From a candidate division WOR-3 bacterium (GTDB lineage Bacteria; Hydrothermota; Tepidihabitantia; Tepidihabitantales; Tepidihabitantaceae), in the NCBI GenBank assembly GCA_965649225.1, contig CBFGJX010000002.1, positions 64,001 through 128,000 of the forward strand: 64,000 nt of DNA, read 5' to 3'. The position numbers were made by a program, and so were the translations under genes. This document shows, piece by piece, positions 44,501 to 52,757 of this stretch. The notes beneath the pieces are model-generated. The model was not told the DNA's origin, searched no databases, and worked only from the letters and a program-made list of their open reading frames with translations. The first letter of the stretch is position 1; each line of letters starts with the position of its first letter.

Positions 44501-44912
44501 CCCAGGTCGAGTCGCAGTCGACAGCCGTCACCGCCGGCTGATTATTCCAGTTGATACCCGTTTCGGTCCATGCGCCGACAACCCGGTTGACCTGATACCA
44601 GTCCTGGGCGCTGGTATTGGTCCGGTAGTAGCAGTACAGCCCAAGCGAGCAGCTTTGAATCGTTGCACCGTTCGGGATCGAGGAAAGATCGAAGTACAGA
44701 AAGGAGTAGTAACTGCGGCTAGCGTCAATCTGCCCGCAGCGCATCCGGAAGCTAGTTCCAAAGTTTTGCGTCGGATTACCGGGGTCAACGTCAGAGTCGT
44801 ATCCGACGTTAAGCACCAGCCGGGCGTCAGTTCTTGCGGTCGGAGGAACCGGGCCGGAAGCCAGCGCCGTCAAAGTCAGCAAAATCAGCACCAGCAGTCC
44901 TTTTGCAGTCAT
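41517..44912 (-). CDS. Large secreted modular protein: DNRLRE-like domain, OB-like modules, two CARDB-like Ig domains, Kelch propeller and T9SS-like C-terminal domain
   Basis: FDLSSIP...W.E...WNNQP...NYGL...PVLIVNY; DPNPANDT; IYA.KG....F..Y....W repeats; LPAGVYLL tail; AGGAGG before ATG 44912. Confidence 0.85.
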   Translation of the reverse strand: MTAKGLLVLILLTLTALASGPVPPTARTDARLVLNVGYDSDVDPGNPTQNFGTSFRMRCGQIDASRSYYSFLYFDLSSIPNGATIQSCSLGLYCYYRTNTSAQDWYQVNRVVGAWTETGINWNNQPAVTAVDCDSTWVTTTTWYYWNVTPIVQAWLTGTPNYGLRVHKPSTAYDIRHYWYAREHTVDSLKPVLIVNYTVSGGVNITVLGRTPQYPFSYENVVVTAKLYGTSTPVDSARIGYRNQSGSFVYLPADSSRSSDSTYYFHIPPMTGGDTVYWQIQGFAGGVPTNSAVQSYVLPLDRTIEQVQFVDTLVGQTSPDSGRYVRVNAIVTGIMNQGRVFIGTRTGGAWNGMFVYRAGTPEPFALGESLELAGYITEFNRLSQFNDLVRFVRRGNDRQFDTTRIAFAQSKQEAFEGVLVRLDTVRMVEQGGNFTGNTNYRLTNRDGSDTVRLYVYNQSQVVGMAIPAGYHSLVANISDYNGRQVCPRYPADFIFLTPDVAVTAVLLPADTVTNGETITPRAVITNVSTLNTAATVPVTFRIGSSYSNQRTVSDLAPGASDTLVFPDWTAAGGTFGVEVFSELAGDPNPANDTLRRTLVVLVRDVGVTAITRPGPLVQTGVPLTPRVRLRSFGNSAATFDVRLVIERSGTVVFDTAETGITLPGNTAEYHDFASSWTPVELGTHEVRSWTVLAGDPVPTNDTAYSVVEVQSGPVAAWTPVGLMPTTPSGRQSKDGAWMVEVDGQFYVSKGGKTEDFYRYNPAVDSWYTITGMPRGAENKPPSKGACAVAGDNGLIYAIKGNNTSSFYSYDPASDQWTQLADVPLGSSNKRVKGGTDIVFYRPQGRPDSSWLYLLKGDKTEFYRFSIQSGTWESLPSAPAGIKPKWDRGSWLVLERNPGHDRYKLYAHKAKNHEFYRFDLLTGVWDSVLKPMPLASRLTTRMRKTKEGCATYFDGFIYAFKAANTQEFWRYDIAGDSWTELDTIPAVGPSNRKKRVKAGCDLLPWNGLIYALKGNKSNELWTFNPAVVSVANLPVGGARDGVANAGRTSSIGLVVPAVVRGNTIVLRCSPSRSGDIGVRLCAADGRTVLFQRAAVQSGGRIEVPLVQLPAGVYLLVLNTGSGEVARRLTLVR

Positions 44913-45134
44913 CTTGCCTCCTTGGAGCCTGTTTGAATTCATTCCTCTTGACCCTCAGTTTTAGAGGGTCGCCCTAATCTCTTGAAAGCCAGTTCAGTGC
45001 GTAAAACCAACTGGTCAAGAACCGGTAAAGACCGACACCGAGCTCTTAAACGGGAGCAGCCGGTCCACAACTCGACGCTGTCTCCGTGCTTAAAGCCCGG
45101 CCTAAGACAACTGGAATAATTACCACCGTTGGTG

Positions 45135-45704
45135 TCAACATTGCACCGCGCCAGTCGTAGTCCGGGTGAAATAGGCAGCAATTGCCTGGTCGTAATCCGC
45201 CACGATACGAAACGCCGCGGCTGCCAGCCTTCTACGCAGCAAGGCATCCGGCTGGGCGTCGGGCTTAAGTGCTTCAGCCACTTCAGCATAGCAATTCGGA
45301 TGCGGCACGACCGTAACAAAACGCCAGTTTTTCGCCGCTGCTCGAAGCAGAGTGACGCCACCAATGTCAATCAGTTCCGTAAGCTCCTCATCCGTCGCAT
45401 TACGGGCAAGACCTTCCTGAAACGGGTACAAATTGCACACAACAACATCAATTGGCTCAACCGTCAAATCCCGACGTGTCGAAAGAATTCCACCGGCAAT
45501 CTTCGGATGCAACGTCTTGACGCGTCCTCCTAGTATCTCGGGCGAGCCGGTGTACTCGCTGATCTCGCGGACCGGAATGCCGCCATCCCGTATCATCTGT
45601 GCCGTCTTTGCCGTCGAGAGAATCTCGTACCCGACCCGAGACAGTACACCCGCCAGCTCAACGATACCGGTCTTGTCCCAGACTGAAATCACTGCGCGGT
45701 TCAT
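45135..45704 (-). CDS. purH: Stand-alone IMP cyclohydrolase (N-terminal domain of PurH)
   Basis: ISVWDKTG, PEILGGRVKTLHPKI, VCNLYPF, IDIGG and RAAAKN; ends where the AICAR transformylase domain would begin. Confidence 0.88.
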   Translation of the reverse strand: MNRAVISVWDKTGIVELAGVLSRVGYEILSTAKTAQMIRDGGIPVREISEYTGSPEILGGRVKTLHPKIAGGILSTRRDLTVEPIDVVVCNLYPFQEGLARNATDEELTELIDIGGVTLLRAAAKNWRFVTVVPHPNCYAEVAEALKPDAQPDALLRRRLAAAAFRIVADYDQAIAAYFTRTTTGAVQC

Positions 45705-46940
45705 TTACGCTCCGAACTTGGCAAGCTTACGGGCGTGAGCGAGGAGAAAATTCATCAACCAGCGAGCGGGCATCTGACCAAGAGTTCCACGCAGACATGC
45801 CCTTTCGCCGAATTGCTCGACTGACTGCTGCGGCCGACACCACGAAGAATGAATCAAGACGGGCACTGGATGCCAGGAATGCCCGCCCAGCTCTGCCGGC
45901 GTCGAGTGATCACCGGTAATGCACAGTACGTCGAAAGCCATATCCAGCAACCGCGGCAATATCTCCTCGTCAAACCGTTCAATTAGTTCCTGTTTGGCAT
46001 CAAAATCGCCGTCCTCACCGGCACGGTCGGTCTCCTTGAGGTGAAGGAAGAAGAAATCGTGCTCACTGCGGTGACGGGCGAGCGTCTCGACCTCTTCATC
46101 CCAGGATTCCCCGACTGGAAGGACTCTCATTCCCACCAGCCGGGCTAAACCACGGTACATTGGATAAGAAGCGATGCAAGCCGGATTGAGGCCGAAACGC
46201 TGCTGCAACGAGGGAATAACCGGCGGTTTTGCCAATCCACGAACCAGCACTCCGTTGGCCTGTTGGCGCGAACCCAGTACTTTACGGCATTTTTCAATGA
46301 AGCTGTTCACGATTGCCGCACTTCTGGACGCCGCATTGTCGGAGCTGTCCACCGCCTGCACCGGCAGGGGCGGAATACCTTCGTGCTGCGGATCAGAGTC
46401 AGTCAACCCTTGCCCCAACCCCGACCCGCGAAAAACTACAACAAAACGATGCTCCTTGCCAGGCCGGATTGTGACTTCTACGCCGTCGATCTCTGCGATG
46501 GAAGACTGCAACAGACGACAGAGCTCCGTACAAAGTTCGGTTGATATGCGACCTGCGCGCCGGTCAGCAATGCTCCCGTCCGGGGCGATTGTGCAGAAAT
46601 TGGCCCTTCCGCAAAGATCATCGGAGCCGACCTCAAGGCCCGAACCGAGCGCCTCAATCACCCCTCGCCCGACCTGAAACTGCTGAGGTTCGTAGCCAAA
46701 AAGCCCCAGATGAGCCGGGCCCGAGCCTGGCGTGATACCTGGTTCGACCGGTATCAACAGACCCAGCTCCGAGCTGAGTGCCAGCCGGTCGAGATGAGGT
46801 GTCCAGGCCGCTTCCAGCTCTGTCCGGCCGCTGCGCGGCAGTCCGCCGAGGCCGTCCAGCACAACCAGCAGAATACGGCTGTCGGTTCTCTGGGCCAGCT
46901 GTTCTGCAAGCGTCATCTGCTCAATCCTAGCGTTCTTCAC
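45705..46940 (-). CDS. apgM: 2,3-bisphosphoglycerate-independent phosphoglycerate mutase (ApgM type)
   Basis: LDGLGG, TPGSGPAHL, GRG..EALG, DRRAGRI and TGDHSTP. Confidence 0.92.
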   Translation of the reverse strand: MKNARIEQMTLAEQLAQRTDSRILLVVLDGLGGLPRSGRTELEAAWTPHLDRLALSSELGLLIPVEPGITPGSGPAHLGLFGYEPQQFQVGRGVIEALGSGLEVGSDDLCGRANFCTIAPDGSIADRRAGRISTELCTELCRLLQSSIAEIDGVEVTIRPGKEHRFVVVFRGSGLGQGLTDSDPQHEGIPPLPVQAVDSSDNAASRSAAIVNSFIEKCRKVLGSRQQANGVLVRGLAKPPVIPSLQQRFGLNPACIASYPMYRGLARLVGMRVLPVGESWDEEVETLARHRSEHDFFFLHLKETDRAGEDGDFDAKQELIERFDEEILPRLLDMAFDVLCITGDHSTPAELGGHSWHPVPVLIHSSWCRPQQSVEQFGERACLRGTLGQMPARWLMNFLLAHARKLAKFGA

Positions 46941-46959
46941 CGCCTCGTCAACGGCCTAC

Positions 46960-47661
46960 CTAACGGATACGAACAGCTCTGACCACTGCAAAAGTGTCGC
47001 TGCGAAACATACCCCGGAATCGCAACACATACCAGCCGGTCGGCATCACTGCCCCGCCCAGATTCCATCCTGTCGAAGCATAGCTGGAGTCAGCCAGCTT
47101 CGGCCCGGGAGCTCGTGCATCAGGAAAGGAACCGACACCTGGAATCAGGACGTCGAGGCTGCCAAGCAGAACATCATGATTGAATCGGTAGCTGAATTTG
47201 ACAGCCGTCCGTGCCGAGTCGGACTCCGCCGAAACAGTCGGCTCGACGCGCCGGATGCGCCTCATCACGACATCCGGAACCTCGACCAGTGTCCAATCGT
47301 CCCAGACGTGAAATGACAACGCTGAATCCCTTTTGTCGTAATCCGCCCCCAAAACTCCCACAATGTCGCCGTCGGACACTGTTCCAGAACTGTCGCAATC
47401 CTGCCAGGCGAACAGAAGGTAATCACCACCGGTAACATCGGGAAATCGGAAGCGGACGCGGTAGTTGAAACCGGTGCTGTCAGCCCGTGACCGCCAAAGC
47501 ACCGGTGTGTCGAAACCAGTCGTATCGTGCAGCCAAACCTCCGCCCCACGCAAATCCCCGATTTCCCCGGCAGCAAGAACCAGATTGCCCTCGACTCTCG
47601 TTGGGCCAGTGTAACGGCAGGCCGTGACAGCCACCAGAACAGCCAGAAGTCTATTCCGCAC
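46960..47661 (-). CDS. Hypothetical lipoprotein
   Basis: MRNRLLAVLVAVTAC lipobox; Ca-loop-like DCDSSGTVSDGD. Confidence 0.7.
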   Translation of the reverse strand: MRNRLLAVLVAVTACRYTGPTRVEGNLVLAAGEIGDLRGAEVWLHDTTGFDTPVLWRSRADSTGFNYRVRFRFPDVTGGDYLLFAWQDCDSSGTVSDGDIVGVLGADYDKRDSALSFHVWDDWTLVEVPDVVMRRIRRVEPTVSAESDSARTAVKFSYRFNHDVLLGSLDVLIPGVGSFPDARAPGPKLADSSYASTGWNLGGAVMPTGWYVLRFRGMFRSDTFAVVRAVRIR

Positions 47662-48478
47662 CAGTCAACTTCTCCCTCAGTCGAACCACCTCCGCCATAC
47701 GCTGGGTCAGTTGCCGCGAGGCGCCAGCAATCAGGGCAAGCCGTCCATTGGCTACGTTGGCAGCAATGTCTGCCTCGGCGGTATCGGCTCTGGCGAGCGC
47801 CTCTGCCGACCTCAGTGCTGCTGCGAGGTACTCACGACGCAGCACTGCAACCCGCTGGTAATCCGCGGCGTAGGCCCTCATCAGCGCAGCAACAGGGCGG
47901 ATGACGTTACCCTGCCCCAACGGAACTGAACTCACAACCGCCTGCAGCTGCGATGCAATATCGTACAATCTGGCAACACCGGCCAACGCAGTCTCAGCCG
48001 TGACGGCACTTCCAAAACTTGCCAATCTAGCCGCCCCGGCTGAATCCGATCCAGGCGGTGTGGCCAGAGACGACCGAATATCCTGCAGACGCGTCTGCAG
48101 TTCGCTCCAGCGTTGTTCCAAGTCAGCAGCTGTCGATTCGAATGCCACAATCAGCCCGACTGATGAGTTGACCGGTCTTGCCGGTCCGGGAACCGAGCCG
48201 GGGAAACCAGATAACTGTTCCTGCTGCAAATCCCACCCGCCACGGATCGCTTGTTCCGGCTGGTCTGTAGGCTCCGGCAACGGCACACGCCACAGTAGAA
48301 TCAGCACCAGCAACCCGGCCACCGACGCGGCGGTAAAGGAAAGAACAGTAGCGCGGAAACGCGCGACCCTCCTCTTTTGACGACGGTACCTTTGCTCAAG
48401 CTCGCCGTAATCCGGAACCGGGTGAGCCGTCTGCGGGGATGTCGGTCTTTCTGCCACTGCAATACGATAGCGCGACAC
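47651..48478 (-). CDS. Hypothetical single-TM coiled-coil protein
   Basis: One TM segment, then an Ala-rich helical region; overlaps the next gene by 11 nt. Confidence 0.6.
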   Translation of the reverse strand: MSRYRIAVAERPTSPQTAHPVPDYGELEQRYRRQKRRVARFRATVLSFTAASVAGLLVLILLWRVPLPEPTDQPEQAIRGGWDLQQEQLSGFPGSVPGPARPVNSSVGLIVAFESTAADLEQRWSELQTRLQDIRSSLATPPGSDSAGAARLASFGSAVTAETALAGVARLYDIASQLQAVVSSVPLGQGNVIRPVAALMRAYAADYQRVAVLRREYLAAALRSAEALARADTAEADIAANVANGRLALIAGASRQLTQRMAEVVRLREKLTGAE

Positions 48479-48500
48479 GGCAGATAGTCAATGCGGTCAC

Positions 48501-48529
48501 TTGACACTTACGTGCCATGTCGTTATGCT
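48501..48529 (+). promoter_or_regulatory. Leaderless-type promoter of the OMP-plsY-gpsA-merR operon
   Basis: TTGACA-17-TATGCT, then 6 nt to GTG 48536. Confidence 0.7.
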
Positions 48530-48535
48530 CAGTCA

Positions 48536-49105
48536 GTGAGGCGACTTTTAGTATCGTTCTCTATCCTCTTTGTAATTCTGCCAGTTACAGCAACTGGTCA
48601 GATCAACCTGTCGCTCCTTCGACACTTTCAGGACTCTCCAATTACGGTTGGGGCCCGGCTCAACGCTGGCTGGCTGCTGCCGAACCGCCGTCCCGAAGTC
48701 AGCCTGACCGGCGAAGCAATCTTTCCTGTCCTCAAGGGTGTCCGGACTCGAATCAGCGTGGTCGATTTGCAGTTCAACGGATTTCAATTCTCCAACAGCA
48801 GACTGGCCTTTGACAGTCTCAATATCGCTGCCAATTCCGGTCTTTCGCTGGACCTGATGGGGTCAACCCGGCTGAAGAATTCCTTCTGGCCGTATGCATG
48901 GCTCGGACCCGAACTCAACGGCAGGATCGACGCCCTGCGACTCAATCTGCGTCTGGGCATTGGCGTCGAACGACCAGTGCAACGCCGGGTCGCCGCCTTC
49001 GGCGAAGCCGGCATTGCCTACGGACACCCTCTGACCGGCAGCAGCAGCCCCACCTTGCGCGCACGACTCGGCGTCGGTCTGCGGCTCGGGCGCTTCAAGC
49101 TCTGA
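48536..49105 (+). CDS. Putative small outer-membrane beta-barrel protein
   Basis: Signal peptide MRRLLVSFSILFVILPVTATG; amphipathic strands (PYAWLG, LGIGVE, FGEAG, LGVGLRL). Confidence 0.65.
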   Translation: MRRLLVSFSILFVILPVTATGQINLSLLRHFQDSPITVGARLNAGWLLPNRRPEVSLTGEAIFPVLKGVRTRISVVDLQFNGFQFSNSRLAFDSLNIAANSGLSLDLMGSTRLKNSFWPYAWLGPELNGRIDALRLNLRLGIGVERPVQRRVAAFGEAGIAYGHPLTGSSSPTLRARLGVGLRLGRFKL

Positions 49106-49115
49106 CACCGGTAAC

Positions 49116-49727
49116 TTGCCTGAAGCGCTAATAACTGCCGTTTCGTTTCTGTCAGGCTTTGCGGCCGGGTCAATTCCCTTCGGCTTCATACTCGGCCGCT
49201 GGCGCGGTGTTGACCTGCGTCGTACTGGCTCAGGCAACATCGGCTTTACCAATGCTGAACGGACCGTAGGATTCGGCTGGGGTCTGCTTGTGCTGCTGTT
49301 CGATATTAGCAAGGGAGCGATCCCAACCGCGCTGGCGCCCGCTATCGGGCTGACGGCTTCGGCAGTCGGGCTCGGCTGTGTCCTGGGCCATGTGTTTACC
49401 CCTTGGCTCAGTTTTCGCGGCGGCAAGGGTGTCGCCACCGCACTCGGTACTATTGGAACTTTGCTCGGCCTCAAGGCAGTGCCGCTTTACTCAATCTATC
49501 TTGCCGTAATCCTTGCCACAGGCTGGGTTTCACTAGCTTCACTGACACTGGCCGTTCTGCTGGTGCCGTTTGTGGCCCTGACAACGCCCGCTGATTTGGG
49601 GTTGCTCGGTTTCGCCTTGGGAACAGCAATGACGATCGCCCTGCGCCACACCGCCAACCTTCGGCGACTCCTGAGCGGCACCGAACCAAAACTCGAGATC
49701 TGGCAACGCCTGCTGGCGCGAAAATGA
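49116..49727 (+). CDS. plsY: Glycerol-3-phosphate acyltransferase PlsY
   Basis: GSIPFG, GSGNIGFTN, DISKG, FRGGKGVAT and RH.AN..RL..GTE. Confidence 0.95.
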   Translation: MPEALITAVSFLSGFAAGSIPFGFILGRWRGVDLRRTGSGNIGFTNAERTVGFGWGLLVLLFDISKGAIPTALAPAIGLTASAVGLGCVLGHVFTPWLSFRGGKGVATALGTIGTLLGLKAVPLYSIYLAVILATGWVSLASLTLAVLLVPFVALTTPADLGLLGFALGTAMTIALRHTANLRRLLSGTEPKLEIWQRLLARK

Positions 49728-50716
49728 ATCGGGCACTGGCGTTCATTGGTGCCGGCAGATGGGCCATTGCCCTCGCTTCGGTTCTGGCGCGCCGGTTCAC
49801 CGAAGTCCTGCTCTACGATTCCAATCCTGCTGCAACCAGCAGAATACGCGCCGGACATCCGCACCCGGACCTGCCCGCGACGTTTCAACTGCCCGGCAAC
49901 GTCCAGGTCGTAGATAGCGCTGCTGACGCCTGCACGAATGCTAAGTTCATTGTGCTGGCCGTGCCATCATCGGCGGTCGAAACAGCAGCGCAAACGATCG
50001 CCGATATCATCCACGAGACGAGTATTGTTGTCAGTGTAACCAAAGGGCTTAAACCCGAGACCGGGGAGCGCATCTCGACGGTATTGACGAGGATTTTGCG
50101 CCGAGACATCGTCATACTGGCAGGTCCGGGGATTCCATACAACTTTGTGCGCGGTGATCCGACATCGCTTGTTTGCGCTGCACAAGTCCCTGACCCGGCT
50201 AATGCCGTCCGAGATACATTTACCGTCAGCAACCTCCGTGTCTATTCTCACTCCGACACGGTTGGCGTCGAAGTAGCGGCAGCCATGAAGAATGTCATCG
50301 CCATTGCTGCCGGGATCGCTGACGGCCTGGGCTTGGGTATCAACGCCAAATCGGCGCTGCTGGCCCGAGGACTTGCCGAAATGATTCGATTCGGCCGATT
50401 CTGCGGTGGTGAGCCTTCGACCTTCGCCGGACTCGCCGGTGTCGGTGATCTGGTGGTAACTGCCTTTTCGCCTCATTCCCGCAACTATTCACTCGGCCAC
50501 GCCATCGGCGCTGGAACGGCGCCCGAACGCGCTGTTGCCCGCCTTGCCGGTGTTGCCGAAGGAGCGGTTACCGCCGGAACAATTATCAGGCAGGCAGCGC
50601 TCGCGACCATCGACCTGCCGATAACCCGGGAGGTCAATGAGATCCTGCAAGCCCGCTCGACACCGGCCGAAGCACTAAACCGCCTCTTGAAGCGACCGCC
50701 GAAAAGGGAGGACTAG
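49724..50716 (+). CDS. gpsA: NAD(P)H-dependent glycerol-3-phosphate dehydrogenase
   Basis: GAGRW, TKGL, KNVIAIAAG, GLAGVGDL and SRN. Confidence 0.93.
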   Translation: MNRALAFIGAGRWAIALASVLARRFTEVLLYDSNPAATSRIRAGHPHPDLPATFQLPGNVQVVDSAADACTNAKFIVLAVPSSAVETAAQTIADIIHETSIVVSVTKGLKPETGERISTVLTRILRRDIVILAGPGIPYNFVRGDPTSLVCAAQVPDPANAVRDTFTVSNLRVYSHSDTVGVEVAAAMKNVIAIAAGIADGLGLGINAKSALLARGLAEMIRFGRFCGGEPSTFAGLAGVGDLVVTAFSPHSRNYSLGHAIGAGTAPERAVARLAGVAEGAVTAGTIIRQAALATIDLPITREVNEILQARSTPAEALNRLLKRPPKRED

Positions 50717-50721
50717 TTCAC

Positions 50722-51060
50722 ATGTCCAAAGCCTATTTCACGGTAACCGAAACCTGTACCAACCTCGGAATCGAACCCCACGTACTCCGCTACTGGGAGA
50801 AGGAATTCGACATTCACCTCAAACGAAATTCAGCCGGACGCAGAATCATCTCATCCGAGCAACTCGCCCGGCTCCAGCTCATCAAACATCTCCTGCACAA
50901 AGAGAAGTTAACCATCAAAGGCGCGAAGAAACGCCTGGCTCAGGCCACACCAAATGCCGGCTCTGAGGCGGCGTCGGCTCTCAGCGAATCAGCGCGCCTG
51001 CAGATAAAGAAGGAACTGCTTGCCCTGAAAAGCCTGGTCCAACAGCTACCAGCCGTTTGA
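50722..51060 (+). CDS. MerR-family HTH regulator
   Basis: HVLRYWEKEF, GRR and TIKGAKK; GGAGG SD. Confidence 0.88.
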   Translation: MSKAYFTVTETCTNLGIEPHVLRYWEKEFDIHLKRNSAGRRIISSEQLARLQLIKHLLHKEKLTIKGAKKRLAQATPNAGSEAASALSESARLQIKKELLALKSLVQQLPAV

Positions 51061-51618
51061 CTAGCGACGGCGCAGCGACAACAGAGGGTCGACCGGTTTC
51101 CCGGCCAGCCGCAATTCGAAGTGGAGTGTATCTCCGCTGACTCCGACAGCCTGCCCCTGCCGCAGTCTGTCGCCGACACTCACCGATATCTCCTGCAGCC
51201 GAGAATAGACGCTGTGAAGCCGTCCTGCATGCTCGACGATGACCGTATTGCCGTAACCCATGAATCGGTCGGCGAAACTCACGACACCACTGTCCACAGC
51301 AGACACCGGCTTGCCTCTTTGCGTCTTGATATCAATCCCGCGACTGACGGTGCGAGTGTTGTACTTGGATTCCAGTCGCATTCCAAAGCTGCCGACAATT
51401 TCGCCTTCGACCGGCCACGGCAGCGTGCCAACTGGTTTTGCAGGAACAGCCGGTTTCCTCTCTATCGACACTGGCACGGCCCGGCTTCGGCCACGCCGGT
51501 AGCGCGGACTCGCGGAGGTAAGCAGTGCACACCGGCTTGCAATACCTAGAACAACGAGGCTCACACAACCAAGGAACAGTGTCCGCCACCGCTGACGCTG
51601 CCTCGAGATCTTTAGCAT
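51061..51618 (-). CDS. M23/EnvC-like peptidoglycan hydrolase activator
   Basis: LPWPVEG, GIDI, GYGNTVIVEH and LHFELR; first Zn-binding His appears absent (SRGID), as in EnvC. Confidence 0.8.
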   Translation of the reverse strand: MLKISRQRQRWRTLFLGCVSLVVLGIASRCALLTSASPRYRRGRSRAVPVSIERKPAVPAKPVGTLPWPVEGEIVGSFGMRLESKYNTRTVSRGIDIKTQRGKPVSAVDSGVVSFADRFMGYGNTVIVEHAGRLHSVYSRLQEISVSVGDRLRQGQAVGVSGDTLHFELRLAGKPVDPLLSLRRR

Positions 51619-51724
51619 CGCTGTAACATCTCATACAGACACCATGGCACTGAGTCAAACCGGACCGGATCACTCCAGCATCGGATTCACACCCGTCGAT
51701 CACCTGGAATCAACGCTACAGTCA

Positions 51725-51753
51725 TTGACAGCTAGCGCACAGACTCCTACTCT
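51725..51753 (+). promoter_or_regulatory. Leaderless-type promoter of purM
   Basis: TTGACA-17-TACTCT, then 5 nt to GTG 51759. Confidence 0.65.
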
Positions 51754-51758
51754 TGCAC

Positions 51759-52757
51759 GTGCTGTATAAAGACGCCGGCGTTGATATCGATGCGATGGAA
51801 GCGGCCAAACGCCGAATCGCCCTGCTGGCTGCGGCAACCAGAACGAAAGGCGTACTTTCGGAAATCGGGCTTTTCGGTGCCCTCTACCAGCCGCCGTTGG
51901 GTCGAAACTCACTGCTCGTGGCCAGTTGCGACGGGGTCGGTACGAAACTCTTACTCGCACGAATGACCGGACGCTACGACACTGTCGGACACGACATTGT
52001 CAACCACTGCGTCAACGACATCCTGACACTCGGTGCTCGACCCCTGTTCTTTCTCGATTACATCGCTCACTCCAACCTCTCTCCGGACAGAATCGTCGTC
52101 GTCGTCTCCGGCATCAGCCGAGCCTGCCGGGCAAATCACTGCGCGCTGGTCGGGGGTGAAACGGCAATGATGCCCGGACTCTATCGACCAGGCGACTTCG
52201 ATCTGGTCGGCTTTATTGTTGGAACCGTCTTGCGCCGTAATCTGCTCGAACCCGGCAGGCTCCGTCCCGGCGACGTCGCGGTTGGTCTCCCGTCATCCGG
52301 CCTCCACACCAACGGTTACTCTCTTGCCCGCCGAGTCCTCCTTGACGAGGCGAGGCTAAGTCTATCCGACCGCCCACGCGGTTTGCGTACCACCCTGGGT
52401 GCCGCACTGCTTCGTCCGCATCGGTCTTATCTCAAGAGTGTGATGCCGGTCATGTCAAAGCTGAAGGCAATTGCTCACATCACCGGCGGGGGTTTTTTTG
52501 ACAACATTGAGCGTCTGTTGCCGCCCGAAACTGCCTGCATAATTGACACAACCGCCTGGCGTCCCCCGCCGCTGTTTCAGCTGATTCAGTCGCTGGGTTC
52601 AGTGCCCAGAGACGAAATGTACCGTACATTCAACATGGGTATCGGCATGGTATTGTTCGCCTCTCCTAGCCATGCACCCCAGGTGCAAAAGATGATACCA
52701 GGCGCCAGACGAATCGGACGAATCGTGCGCGGTACCTTTGGCACCGCCTTGGTCTAG
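51759..52757 (+). CDS. purM: Phosphoribosylaminoimidazole (AIR) synthetase
   Basis: YKDAGVD, DGVGTK, VNDIL, GGETA, SSGLHTNGYSL, HITGGG and TFNMGIG. Confidence 0.96.
   Translation: MLYKDAGVDIDAMEAAKRRIALLAAATRTKGVLSEIGLFGALYQPPLGRNSLLVASCDGVGTKLLLARMTGRYDTVGHDIVNHCVNDILTLGARPLFFLDYIAHSNLSPDRIVVVVSGISRACRANHCALVGGETAMMPGLYRPGDFDLVGFIVGTVLRRNLLEPGRLRPGDVAVGLPSSGLHTNGYSLARRVLLDEARLSLSDRPRGLRTTLGAALLRPHRSYLKSVMPVMSKLKAIAHITGGGFFDNIERLLPPETACIIDTTAWRPPPLFQLIQSLGSVPRDEMYRTFNMGIGMVLFASPSHAPQVQKMIPGARRIGRIVRGTFGTALV

Noticed and set aside
44939..45370. Frameshifted continuation of purH
   Set aside because: The overlapping 143-aa ORF has no AICAR-transformylase motifs, and the space before the next gene is far too short
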